Source: Rhizodiscina lignyota (Eukaryota). From it: a stretch of DNA of 64,000 nt. Below the pieces are notes generated by a model, which worked only from the letters and a program-made list of their open reading frames with translations, had not been told where the DNA came from and made no database searches. The stretch lies in assembly GCA_010015805.1 (NCBI GenBank), contig ML978129.1, positions 310,001-374,000 of the forward strand, given 5' to 3'. The translations under genes and the position numbers were made by a program. Below are positions 22,254 through 33,918 of the stretch, piece after piece; within the stretch, counting starts at the first letter, position 1; each line of letters begins with the position of its first letter.

Positions 22254-23037
22254 GGCGAAACGGATATGGTTTTGTACGAGAAAATGGGAACGGAGACGTC
22301 GGAGATGGGATGGGTGTCAATGACGGGAGGTGCGGTGGAGTGTGGTCTACGCTCGTTCAGGTCGCAAGTCGAGGGTAAAGGAGTGGAGAGAAGATTTGGA
22401 TCGAGAGGACATCAAAAAGGCATGATCATTGGGAATGGAGCGAGCGAGGATTGAAATTGAAGTCGCGCGCCCCCCGAACTTTCCGCGCGAAATGACATCG
22501 ATGCTTGGCATTCAGGGACGAACAGGGGTTCCTCCAGCCCTTGAACTACCACCAGCATGTTTGGACGGCATTTCCGTCTCCATCTACTATTGCACCCTGA
22601 TATTTGTGTGCACCGAGATTCTCTCGTTAAGGACTTGTTCACTCTTTCAATCCGGTTGCAAAAACCTTCCTTCAACGCGCAAACTGAATCCTTGTTCTTT
22701 GACGCCCCGAATTCTCTCCATCGATTGGCATATGTAAGCTTTGTATCTTCGCTAAAATGATGCTTCCAGTCGCAAATTATGGGACAGCCTCAAACTTGTC
22801 TCGTTATACCACTCATTTGATGAGTACGCTTCCTCCGCGCTTTTGTCCTCGCACGCGGAATAGCCCGTAAGTCTGCGGGGCTTAACGGGGGGTATGCTCC
22901 CGAAGATGACATTCTGTGCCGCTCAGTTATGCTGAAAGATTGCCGCAACTCTTTTGTTTCATACTCTTGTGGACACGATATCTGAACTGTCAAGATCTTC
23001 CACGTCTTCGATCCTTCAAACAAATTCGTATCACACA

Positions 23038-23817
23038 ATGACTAAACCAGCACTGCTCGGAAACGGCCTTCTCGTCATCTGGGGCGACATCGACAACACC
23101 GCAAATGATGAAGAGGCGCTCAACGACTGGTGGACAAACGAGCACTTGCCTGAGCGCCTCTCAATCGAAGGCTTCCGACGCGCTCGAAGATACTACTCCG
23201 CAGACGAATCGTCAACATCGATTTCGAAATACCTGGTCTGCTACGAGGTCTCGACGCTTGCTACGCTCACATCCGAGGCCTACATGGCGAAACTAAACGA
23301 TCCGACTCCCGGAACAGCGAAATACATGTCCTTACTGGCGACTTTGACGCGCTGCGCATCTAATGTTGTGCATTCTGCTGGCCGTGAAGAGTTCTCTGTC
23401 TTGAAGAGCGGCTCAGTCGGCTCCACGATTGTGCATATCGTCATCTCATTTCCACCACTGTCATCAGACAAAGAGCAAGAGTTGCGGAATTGGGCTGTGA
23501 GCACGCTCACACCAAGAGTGTTGGCGAGTCATCATTCTGTGTTGGCTGTCCACATTGTGCAGCCCGACGATGCGGCGACCAAGACTGGCAACTCGAGCAA
23601 GTCGTATGATACAGTTAAAGTTATCAAAAAGGATCGGGAATCTGAAAGTGGAAATAAATGGATCCTGCTTGTCGAATTTGCGTATACAAAAAATGCAGTC
23701 TTGAAACATGCTAAAAGCCCAGCGCTGAAGGAGTCTTTCATGGAATATATCACCTCGCTAGGCGCAAAAGTGGAGTCAAACGAAGTCTATGAGCTGTTAT
23801 GCGTGGCAAATGAGTAA
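23038..23817 (+). CDS. Uncharacterised protein with two probable dimeric alpha+beta barrel (EthD/DUF4286-like) domains, intronless
   Basis: GLLVIWGDI...EEALNDWWTNEHLPERLSIEGFRRARRY...KYLVCYEV...L.SEAY matches the W..EH..E....GF..ARRY pattern of this family; the second half has a similar beta-alpha-beta pattern. Confidence 0.65.
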   Translation: MTKPALLGNGLLVIWGDIDNTANDEEALNDWWTNEHLPERLSIEGFRRARRYYSADESSTSISKYLVCYEVSTLATLTSEAYMAKLNDPTPGTAKYMSLLATLTRCASNVVHSAGREEFSVLKSGSVGSTIVHIVISFPPLSSDKEQELRNWAVSTLTPRVLASHHSVLAVHIVQPDDAATKTGNSSKSYDTVKVIKKDRESESGNKWILLVEFAYTKNAVLKHAKSPALKESFMEYITSLGAKVESNEVYELLCVANE

Positions 23818-24010
23818 TGGTCAGAAGTATCTGGGACACGTTGACTCGCTGGCAAAGGCGGGAACGGGAAGCAAAATGAGGAGTCTTGAATCTTGTAAAG
23901 CTCGACTCTAACGAAAGCCTATCTCAATTTGAACGGCTATACATCATATTCATATTCACATCCATATTCATTTCAAAGTTGTTTCCCCTCTCATTCTCAT
24001 TCTGGTCACC

Positions 24011-25805
24011 TCAGTACTTGAAGTAAACTCCATTTCCCACTCCTCCATTCCGATTCCTCCAATGGTAGTAAAAGTGCATACCAACGCACGACACGGCAAC
24101 GAAGAACAGCAGCGCAGCATTCGTCCAGTGGCCCGTAGGATATCCCTTCTTTACCTCGTCCGCTTTGTAGATCCAAACGCCTACTGTCTGGCCTGGCGCG
24201 CCCATGGAAATGTTCAGCGCAATCGCGAGACCGACGGCAGCTGTGGTATGCAGATTCGACGAGAGCCAGCCAAGAAGAGGCGGGATGCAAGCGAATGCAC
24301 CGGAAGCAGCAACTATGAGGCATCCATAACGGTGCTGGAGCGACATATCAGCAATTGATTTCGAGTAGTAGTTAGGACGGATTCTATAACTTACCGAATA
24401 TGCAGTTGGTGGAAGTACAGCGGAGGCCAGAAATCCTACAGCGCCGATCGTCGAAAAGATAGCTGAGTGGATGGCACGACTTTAGTTCAATTGTTAGTAC
24501 AATCTTACCCAGTATCATTTGCTCGGCGAACTTACGCGTTGAAATGATCTGCAGACCAAGAAGCGAGCAACGTCACCACGTACGCTACAGCATACGGAGG
24601 TACTGTCATCAACTGCGCCCTGAGGTCCGCAAACTGGTCGACAATCAGCAAATTGCCGTTCATTACAATACTTCCCGAAGAATACGTACTCCAAGTCCGG
24701 CAGTAATCGTCGGAGTGAAGAGCGACAAGCTCGAAAACGGTGTGGAGATGCCAAAATAGATCTTGATGGCGTTAATCGCAAATTAAATGGCCATCGAGCA
24801 TCAAGCTTCTTACGAAATAATGGATCCACAATCTCCATTCAAGAATTGTTCCCTTCGCTTCAGCCCAGGTCAAAGATTTTCCCGATCCATGGGAGCCTTC
24901 ATACGCCAACCGCCGGGTTGCCAGCACTTTCTCTTCTGCGGAGAGCCATCCAGCGGTTTCGGGATAGTCAGGAAGGAAGAAGAATACGAGGAACGACGAT
25001 ACAGTGGATGGGATACCTTCGAGGATGAAGAGCCATCTCCAAGCCGAGAGACCTTGGGTCTGGTTCATGTGGCCGACGCCATATGCAATCGCGCCACCGA
25101 AAGCACCTGCAAGCGTTGCTGAAGCAAGAATGGCTGCGACGCGGATAGACCGCTCATCTGCCCGGTACCAGAAACAGAGGTAGTACACCAAACCTTCACG
25201 AAGAGTGTTAGCGTGTATTGCACGTTCCTCGTTCGCAGCACAGGCTACGTACCTGGGAAAAGGCCAGCCTCGAAGACTCCAAGAAGGAACCGTACTACCG
25301 TAACGGATGCGTAGCTCTGGGTACCTCCGAGACCAATCGTAATGACACCCCAGGAGAACATCAAGAACGCAATCCAGCGGCTCGGTCTGAGCCTTTTCAG
25401 GAGGTAGTTGGACGGGACTTCAAAGAGAGCATAGGCGATCAAGAACACCATGAGCGCGATCGTGTACTGGTACGCCGTCATATGGGTGTCGGAGAGCAAG
25501 TCATCACCTGTTGATTGGTTCAACACTTTGGCATTTCCAATGTTCGACCTGTCGAGGTAGCACAACAGATAGATTCCTGCTGAAAGAGGGACGATCCTCA
25601 GGTCCTGCTTCCTTACCAGAGCTCGCTGCAGTGCCGGCTCAACATCCAGGTCGGCCACGTCACGGTCAACGGAGACGTCTGATGACTTCTGTTGCAAGGT
25701 GAGTCTATGATATTCATAGTCAGATATGAATCCTGAGAGTTTTACATCTTTGTTTGCCTCGACGTCGTTCACATAGCTCAAGTCTCCTGGCTTCTCTGCG
25801 GCCAT
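24011..25805 (-). CDS. MFS transporter, anion:cation symporter family (TNA1/Dal5-like), multi-exon
   Basis: Motifs YLLCYLDRSNIGNAK, FEVPSN, RFLLGVFEAGLFPG and AWRWLFILEGIP. Confidence 0.92.
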
Positions 25806-25987
25806 TATGCAAGTACGTCACAGCTAATAGAAAAGAGATATTGACAAAGACTCTAGATCTGATAGAGCTGCTGAATATGCCAACAGAGCTGGCTCTATAT
25901 GTTCATATGATTAAAGCATTTAGGATGCAGTCTTCCAATTCGTTCAGGCTATACACCGGCGGCGAAGTTCGACCGACAGATCGACTA

Positions 25988-26004
25988 TCGGCCCGCTTCG
26001 CCGA
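25988..26004. promoter_or_regulatory. TCGG-N9-CCGA palindrome, candidate Zn2Cys6 site, MFS-proximal
   Basis: TCGGcccgcttcgCCGA, ~180 bp upstream of MFS ATG 25805. Confidence 0.5.
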
Positions 26005-26542
26005 ACTCCTACATCTTAACATTGGAACTGTTTGCAGATGGAATGGGTAAATGAACAGTGTGGAGTAAAGATCTTCTCGTATTTTGAAGGCGGATAAAAT
26101 GCTTGCCAGGTTGCAGAGTTTGCGAATGGATACGATACTTTTGTGCGATACGAGACGAGTTAAGACGAAGGATATGTGGTAAAGGAGCATTTTAAGAGAC
26201 ATCCAGATGGAACTTAGTGCATTTCTCATTCACAAGAAGATTCTTATAGAGTACGTAGTGTAGCACTATCAATGAAGAATCAATATTTCTTCAGAGGTAC
26301 TTCCTAGTGTTCCTACTTCCCCTTGGCGCCGTGATCGTTGCTGTCGGCAGAGAGTGTTCCGAAGGTGAAGGATTTCCCAGAGGCGTTCGGACAACTTTTA
26401 CAAAATTGATAAGCGATCAGTTGCATTAGTCGTGCCATGATCTGCTGTATTTCCCCGCAGTAGTTCGTGGACCCCAGATCTCCGCATGCGTGCGCATAAA
26501 TATCGATGGAGAACCGGAAGCGGTCGGCGCGGGTTGAGCTCA

Positions 26543-26559
26543 TCGGCCTTCACTTCCGA
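26543..26559. promoter_or_regulatory. TCGG-N9-CCGA palindrome, candidate autoregulatory site
   Basis: aTCGGccttcacttCCGAt, 60 bp upstream of TF ATG 26619. Confidence 0.5.
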
Positions 26560-26618
26560 TCATCGATCCATGCGCCGAAGTTTCAACCTCCTTTTCGTTC
26601 ACGTTCACCCCAGTCCAG

Positions 26619-29031
26619 ATGAGCTCAGATTCACAAGCTTGCGATCGCTGTCACCGCCGAAAGACCAAGTGTGACAAGCTGCGGCCTTGCTCTTCATGTG
26701 CGAAAGCTGGGATAGACTGTGTCTACACTGAAAAGTCAAAGGAGCCTGTCTATCGGCGCGACTTTGTGGAGCGTTTGGAAAGACGAACGCGTCAATTAGA
26801 AGCGGCCAATCGTGCGCTGACAGAGCGACTTGCCTCAGCTCGCGAGCAACGGCAACATTCTACAAGTAACACGTCAAATGGCACCCCCCGCGAGTTGCTG
26901 AACACCGAGGACGTTCGGACCAGCAATGACATTGCAAATGAGGTGTCTTTCCTGTCCACGTCCGCTGGCGGAGACCGCCAATTCCTTGGATCCACAAGCG
27001 GACTGCTCTTTGCCAATCTAGTGAGAGCTAGCGTTGTCACTACTCGTAGCCGCGAGTCAAATGGAACGGTGTCTGCTCTCTCCACCCTTGGTGGAGATGG
27101 GAGTCTAGCTCAGGGTAAACCAGATTGGACAATCGACGATGGTAATCTTCTTCCACCTCAACCTGCCAGGAAATTGATTGAAGCATACTTGGCTCACGAT
27201 CATCTCTCCTACCCATGTCTACATCCCGAATCCGTACGGTCAGCGGTTGATTCGATTTACAATGAATCCTCATTCTATCGGACACATCCCTTCGAGGCAT
27301 TCATGTTCAACATGTTGCTAGCCATTGGCACTTCCCAAATCCATAAGTTCAATTGGCAGGCCTTGCCCGATGCTGAGACACATCACTTAAGGGCCATGCT
27401 CCATCTCAATGCTGTTCTCTGCGAAGGCGGAATGAAAGCGCTTCAGGCAATGCTTTTGCTTTGCCAATTCAGACTCAGTAGCTCCACCAAAGATACTTCA
27501 GGAAGTAAGTACACAGCTTTGTACTTGCAATTCGTGAAATGTACGCTAATATTCCAAAGGCCTTTGGCATCTCGTTGGCATTGCTGCACGTATGTGCTTC
27601 GAACTGGGCTTGCATAGGGAATCTGTATATCGCATGAAGCGTGAGGAACAGAACAACAGTAGAGATGATTCTTCAATCTCGAAGTTTGAGGAGCAGGAAG
27701 TGCGACGCAGATGCTTCTGGTGTGTCTTTGCCCTTGACAGGTATTACGATCTCACCTTTGCAACCTCACGCCCAAGGCTGATATCTTGTAGAGTTGTCTC
27801 CATAACTCTTGGAAGACCACTTGCCATATGCTCAGAAGATGTCGATGTTGAGCTGCCAAGCTTCGATATCGACGATGCTCTCACGCCTTCTGTGATCAGC
27901 AGCGGAGATGAACAAGATCTATCTCGGGTTGGTCCGAATTCCAGGACCGCAATATTCGTCCATATTGTTCGCTATCGTGCACTATGTGGCAAGTTTCTTA
28001 CCTCTTTGTACAGAGGTAGCCGTAATACAGCCAGTCCAGAGGAACTTCGCAGAATTCGGAATGAACTCGCAGCGGAGCTAGAGGCATGGCGGGCGGATAC
28101 CGACTCACTAAATCTTCCTGAAATGGATTTATCCTCCCCTCTCGCGGAAGCACGATCCAGTTTTCGTTCGAAAGCCTGGCATGAGCTCATATATCATAAC
28201 GCCATCCTGCTCTTGTATCGACCGACACCAATGCTCTCTCAATCAGATGCCTCTGGTGACGACGGGAACTTGCAGCACATCTTCAATGCCGCTAAAGAAT
28301 CAATAACTTTGTATGCATACCTATTCCGGTCTCGAAAAATCAACTTCTCTTGGATGGTCCTCCATGCGGTGTTTATGGCTGGGCTGTCTTATGTTTACGC
28401 TGTTAGTAGACATATCCGTGAAAAACGGAGATGTCGTATCTCGCTTGCCGGGTCCATGAGCATGCTTACAAGAGATCCGACGATTGTTGAGATTGTCAAC
28501 GATTGCCGTGCCTGTTCGAACGTCCTGGTTGCTGTATCGGAGCGATGCAATGCTCAGAAAAACTGTCATGAAGTTTTTGACCGCCTTAGTGATGCTCTCC
28601 TCGCTGATGCCGTCGATCTTCTTTCTGGACAGAGGATTAAACAAGCCCGAAACGGAACCCAAGCGGAAGCGGAGTCCATCAGCACAAATGGCGGCTTGTA
28701 TGAAAGTGCTCCAGAGCTATCTACCTCCCAAACATATACTTCGACATCGTCTGCATCGGCGCTAGATGTTGCACAACAAGGACAGGTGGACTCGAACGAT
28801 ACACTGACTAGCGCGTACGGCAATCCAATAACGCCTGGGCAGCAAATGCCATACTCTCCACCACTTGCAGCGGACAGTGCGCTCCGCGACTGTTTTCCCG
28901 ATTTGCAACGCATGTATGATGCACAATGGGGCGACGATGCCATCTTGCAGCTTGGCATGGATTGGCTTGAAGACATTAATCCTGGGAATGGCGTTTTGAT
29001 GGGTGAAACTTTTGGCGGCGCGTTCATCTGA
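26619..29031 (+). CDS. Zn2Cys6 transcription factor with Fungal_trans domain (PPR1/UaY-like clade), 3 exons
   Basis: Cluster ACDRCHRRKTKCDKLRPCSSCAKAGIDC; middle homology region GIAARMCFELGLHRE...RRRCFWCVFALDR..SITLGRP. Confidence 0.92.
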
Positions 29032-29172
29032 CAAAAATAGCTTCTGCTGGTGCGTATAACAACAGTTTCGGGTTTGACATAGCAAGCTGACGTTTAATGC
29101 ATACTTGTACAGGCAGTTATCCATTCTGTCAACTTATGCATCTCCTCATGCAGAAATCTTCCCGGAGCTGGC

Positions 29173-31118
29173 TTATATCCAACCACGTTCGAGGAATCGG
29201 ACGGGTACATCAACCTCACGGCTTCTCAGATACTCTCCAATACCTTTGCCCAATCCATCGATACGCGCACTGCTTGCAATACCGCCGTCTAAGAAGTCAA
29301 GGACGCGACTGTTATCAAGTTAGCATTTGAATTATTTGCCGCACCTGCTGGGTTGGATTTACAAATGGACCGCGAGAAGATTGGGAAACTCGCAGCGCTC
29401 GACCCTGCTCTTTCCCTCTCTACCCTCCCAGTCTTTGCCGAAGAGCTCTTTGATCTTCGCAACAGTAAGCAGAGACTGTAGCCAAGGATACTCGTCTTCA
29501 TGCCGCACGAAGAACCCAACATTCGAGTTGTCCGCCTTGTCACCGGAGCGTGCATGAACGACGCTGCCGAGCGGAACGCGTTTCGTGGGCCCGAACGATG
29601 ACAGATCTACTGGATGAGCCGTGTCGTAGGATGGTCGAACTGTGGGATACGTTGCCGTTTTAGTCGGAGGAGGTACTGCTATGGGCTCCTGTGAATCTGG
29701 CATAATTACAGCGTGTGAGATGGATGATTGTGGAACAATGGCCGGAAAGATCTCCATGAATGGCTTAGCATACATCGTCCGGAAGTCTAGCGACATGTGG
29801 TAGCCTTGGAAATCACCAATTAGCGACAGCTTCAGGCCTCTTCATGCTCGCATCCGGATTACAACTCACCTGGAAAAGACTGCATACGTATTGCATAGAT
29901 TGGGATCATAAACCTGTCTTTCGAGAGATCTTCTGCCTTCCGAGCTTGGACAAAAACCCGCAGCATGGTTGTGCCTTCCTGCTGAGAAGTCGGATTCGAT
30001 GCTTGCTGGCCGTACAATTCGATACTCATCTTACTAAATTTGTTGTCTCGAAATGCATGTGCTATTTGTCCTCTCATCATTTCTGCTTTCGCAGCCACGT
30101 CCAGCCCGTTGATGTAGAACATGGCTTCCGCCTGGTAGCCTCCCTCGCCTGCGAACATGGCTTTGGTTGTGGGAGGAGGTGGGAGGCCTTTGACCCCTGA
30201 GACATGCACTCGATTATTTCCAGGTTCCTCGGTAACCGCCAGTGTCCGGAGGTCTGCCACAACGTCGGAATTCAGATACAGTTCACCCTGCAGCTCGTAC
30301 AGGAGCTGTGCAGTCACCGTGAACTTGGTGACAGCACCAGTGGTCCCTTCCGGCTTCGTAATGACGCATGAACCAGAGTGGTTAATCTCTGCAATAGGGA
30401 AGCCGAGATCGACAAGGCCGGGCATGAAATCCTTGAAACCAGAGAAGTTGGCACCACAGATATAAGGGCCGCATTCGATGAGATGTCCGGCCACGAGAGC
30501 GCCAGCGAGCTGATCGTATGACTCCTCGTCCCATCGGTGCCACCACGACGCTGCTCCAATAACGGGAGATGCATCTGTACAGCGACCACAGATCACAATG
30601 TGGGCCCCAGCATCAAGTGCTTTCCGAATGCCCCAGGAGCCTATGTAGGCATTGCCGCACACAGGCTTTAGCTCCCAGTCAGAAAGTCTCCTCTTCTGAT
30701 GATCGAGATGTGGTAACTCCAGTTGAGCGAATTTCTCCGGATCTTTCAATAGACCAGAAATGTCGTCCCCAATCACACCAGCAACCACAAGGTTTGAATA
30801 GCCTCGAGCAGTACACAGCTCTCTGATCTTTCTCACGAGCGAGGGAGTGTTGAGCGCTCCAGCATTGGTGACAACCTTAATGTCTTTTTGAACAATGTCG
30901 TCGAGGCTCTCCTCGAGCTGTGTGAGGAAGCCTGTTTCGTAGCCAAGATCTGGGTCCTCTTGTTTGATGATTGCATTCCAGGCAATATTCATCTCTGAAA
31001 GCCAGTCACCAGTGATCACATCCACCGATCCATTTGCAGCCATGCGCCTCATAGCATGAGGATGGTCTCCCGTCGCACCGGAGACATTTCCAATGCGAAT
31101 GTCACGCTTCGAGAGCAT
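29173..31118 (-). CDS. AtuA/DUF1446 (acyclic terpene utilisation family) protein, 3 exons
   Basis: Motifs IRIGNVSGATGD, DVITGDWLSEMN, IVICGRCTDASP, GHLIECG, AQLLYELQG..YLNSDVVA and ARSGDKADNSNVG. Last exon LDGGIASSARIDGLGKGIGEYLRS...GWI*. Confidence 0.92.
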
Positions 31119-31396
31119 TTTTATTAGAAGTTTGAGCAGAAACTCAAGATTCAAAGATGATGTTATGTGACAAGTCACGTCGTTTGTGTATTTTTGAACG
31201 AGGGGCGCGTCGTGGAGTTTGTGGCGCTCACAAAGCCCGATCCAGCCAGTTTGTCGCTCCAATAGAGATCCGAAGTCCCTTTGAAGGCAATGAAGAAGTC
31301 CATGATACTTCGGGCCATTTCGGCTGTCTGATCTACTCGAGAGGAGACTGTCTTGGTACGTATTCGTTGACGGGATGAGGATGGCCGTTAAATGTT

Positions 31397-31413
31397 TCGG
31401 GTCGGCCGGCCGA
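31397..31413. promoter_or_regulatory. TCGG-N9-CCGA palindrome in the divergent AtuA/tannase promoter
   Basis: TCGGgtcggccggCCGA, ~280 bp upstream of AtuA ATG 31118. Confidence 0.5.
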
Positions 31414-31825
31414 TGCCGCTAAAGGGGCTTACAGAAACGCCACAATTTCTCCTATCCTCACGATGCTCATGACTAGCGCAAGGGATGAACTCAGACGCAA
31501 CTCACGCGAGTAAGGCAGGTTATGTAATTCCCTCGTCCCTCACATCCCGCCTTCGTTAACCTATTTTCCCCTCTTCATCCATTCTACCGTCCTTCCCGCT
31601 TCGGCAAACTTCCCACGACATCCTGCATTATGGCGGCGGAGCGAAGTATTTGGCACTATGCTTCCGGGCATCGCTGTTGATCGTACGCAGGCGTAGAAGC
31701 GAAAATTCGTTCAATCCGGGGAGGAGAGCGGAAGACATAAAGCCAGTAATGCAGCGTTGGTAGGCGAAATTGTCAAAGCTTGAAGCATCTGCAACGTCCA
31801 TTCTCGATCAGCTCCAGTATCAAAT

Positions 31826-33567
31826 ATGATGGATTTTGGCTTCCCAGTGCGGTCTTTGCTGATTATTTTGACCTCTTTTCCCTTTGCTTTCTCATACGGG
31901 GTTCCACCTTCTCCCTGTGCAAGTCTTCCGCAAGCAGCCCACCACCTCGGCTTTTCCAAGCATATCCAGTATGATTCATCTTCTCTTGAGGTAGGAACAC
32001 TCAATTTGACTGGCGTGACCGGAACCAATAATTACTCTCTCTGTCGGGTTATTGGGACAATTGCCTATGGGACAAAGTATAACAACACGTTAAACTTCGA
32101 GCTTTGGTTGCCGGACAGCTCGAATTATAATGGCAGATATCTTTCTGTCGGTAAGAGGAGTTCTTTGAAACATCCTTAGACTCGATATGCTAATAGAAGA
32201 TAGGTAATGGAGGCTTTGCAGGAACCATCGACTATGAGACCATGATGACAAATTTGAACGGCGGATATGCTGTTGGAGGGCATGTTCCAATTGGGTGCCG
32301 ATCCGTGGTATTCTCGTCTCCGTGCTAATACCTTATAGATGCGACTCTGGCCATCCTGTCACATCCAATGATCCCAGCATGCCAGGTGGCTATGTCGAGT
32401 TCCTGAACAATCGCGATGAGACTCTCGTGTGGATCCAAGACTCCATTGCCATGTTTACCGGTCCGGCCAAAGAACTTACAACAACATACTACAGCAAAGC
32501 TCCAAAGAAGATGTACTACTTCGGCTGCTCGACGGGCGGGGCACAAGGCTTTGCACTCGCACAACTCCATCCTGATATATTTGATGGGATTTACGCGGGG
32601 AGTCCAGGGAACTACTACTCCCATTTGATTCTGTCGTTCTTGTGGAATGGTCTGAACTCGAATGTAAGTGATTCTGCTTTGAATTTTGGGATTCGTCAGA
32701 GAAGCTGAAGTGACTTGATAGAGCACCGAGTCATTCTTGAGCCAGGACGCGCTAAATTTCATTACCAATGCCGTAGTCAAGAAATGTGATACAATCGATG
32801 GAGTCCAAGATGGTATAATTGACGATCCACGGAAATGCGACTTTGATATATCGGCATTGGCTTGCAGTGGCCATCAGAAGTCCATTGTCAATAATGCCAC
32901 AGTCTGCCTGACAGCGCCGCAAATAGCCAACGCAAGAAAATTTTACTCCGGCCCGAAGAACCCTAAGACCGGCGAATCAATCTATCCCGGCTTCGTTCTT
33001 GGTTCGGAAACTGAATGGCTGCAGCAAGAAACGAGCCTGTATCTCCAATACGGCGTGCCAATTCTCCAGAACTTTGTCTTCAAGAATCTCAATTACGACT
33101 ACACAAAGTTCAATTGGGGCAGCGATGTTGATGCCGTCGATCGTACCGCTACACCACTCATCAGCGAGATCTCACCGGATCTGCATGCATTCAAGAAGCA
33201 TGGAGGAAAGATGATCGTCACTCAGGGCTGGGCGGATCCGTACAACGCACCTGGCTGGCCAATACAGCAACGGAATGAGATGCATGGCATCTTCGGCAAT
33301 GAGCTGGCCGATTTTTACAGTTTGTTCATGGTTCCTGGAGGCGGGCACTGTGGAGGGGCATCGAATTATCCGCAGATGCCAGGAACGTATAACCTCTTAT
33401 CAGAGCGATTAGTGCCTTGGGTAGAGAATGGAGCAATTCCTGAAGATATCATGGCATCAAACCCGGCAGACGGAAGTAATTCGACACGCAAACTCTGTCC
33501 ATATCCGCAAGAGGCAAAGTATGAGAAGGGTGACATTAATGACTGGATGTCTTATATTTGTATCTAA
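31826..33567 (+). CDS. Secreted tannase/feruloyl esterase (Tannase family), 4 exons
   Basis: Signal peptide; FELWLP, VGNGGFAG and GYAVGGCDSGH; nucleophile motif YFGCSTGG; QGWAD (acid) and FMVPGGGHC (His). Confidence 0.92.
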
Positions 33568-33918
33568 CCAAGAGGATGTCTCGGGCAAGAATACCAATGT
33601 TTTTGCCCCCCTCTCTCCTGCTTAAGGTCAGAACCTTACCTGCGCTAGGTCGCAGCCAGTCGTCCGACTCGCTCGTAGTGTCATTCTCTTCAACGTTTTC
33701 TCAATGGCAGAAACAGATCGCATGCAATGTGCGAGAGTCTTTGTGGTCATTGATAGTCTCTCCAATCAAGATCAGGTTAGAGAAGTGTAAAAGCAACTTA
33801 TATAATCTCTTCTCGGAGTTGTCCATCTATCCAAGGTCAAACTCATCGCTTTCCAGCGAACCCCAGACCGCTGTTCTACGTTCGTTGGAGACTGTAACAG
33901 TTGCCCAAATGGAACATG

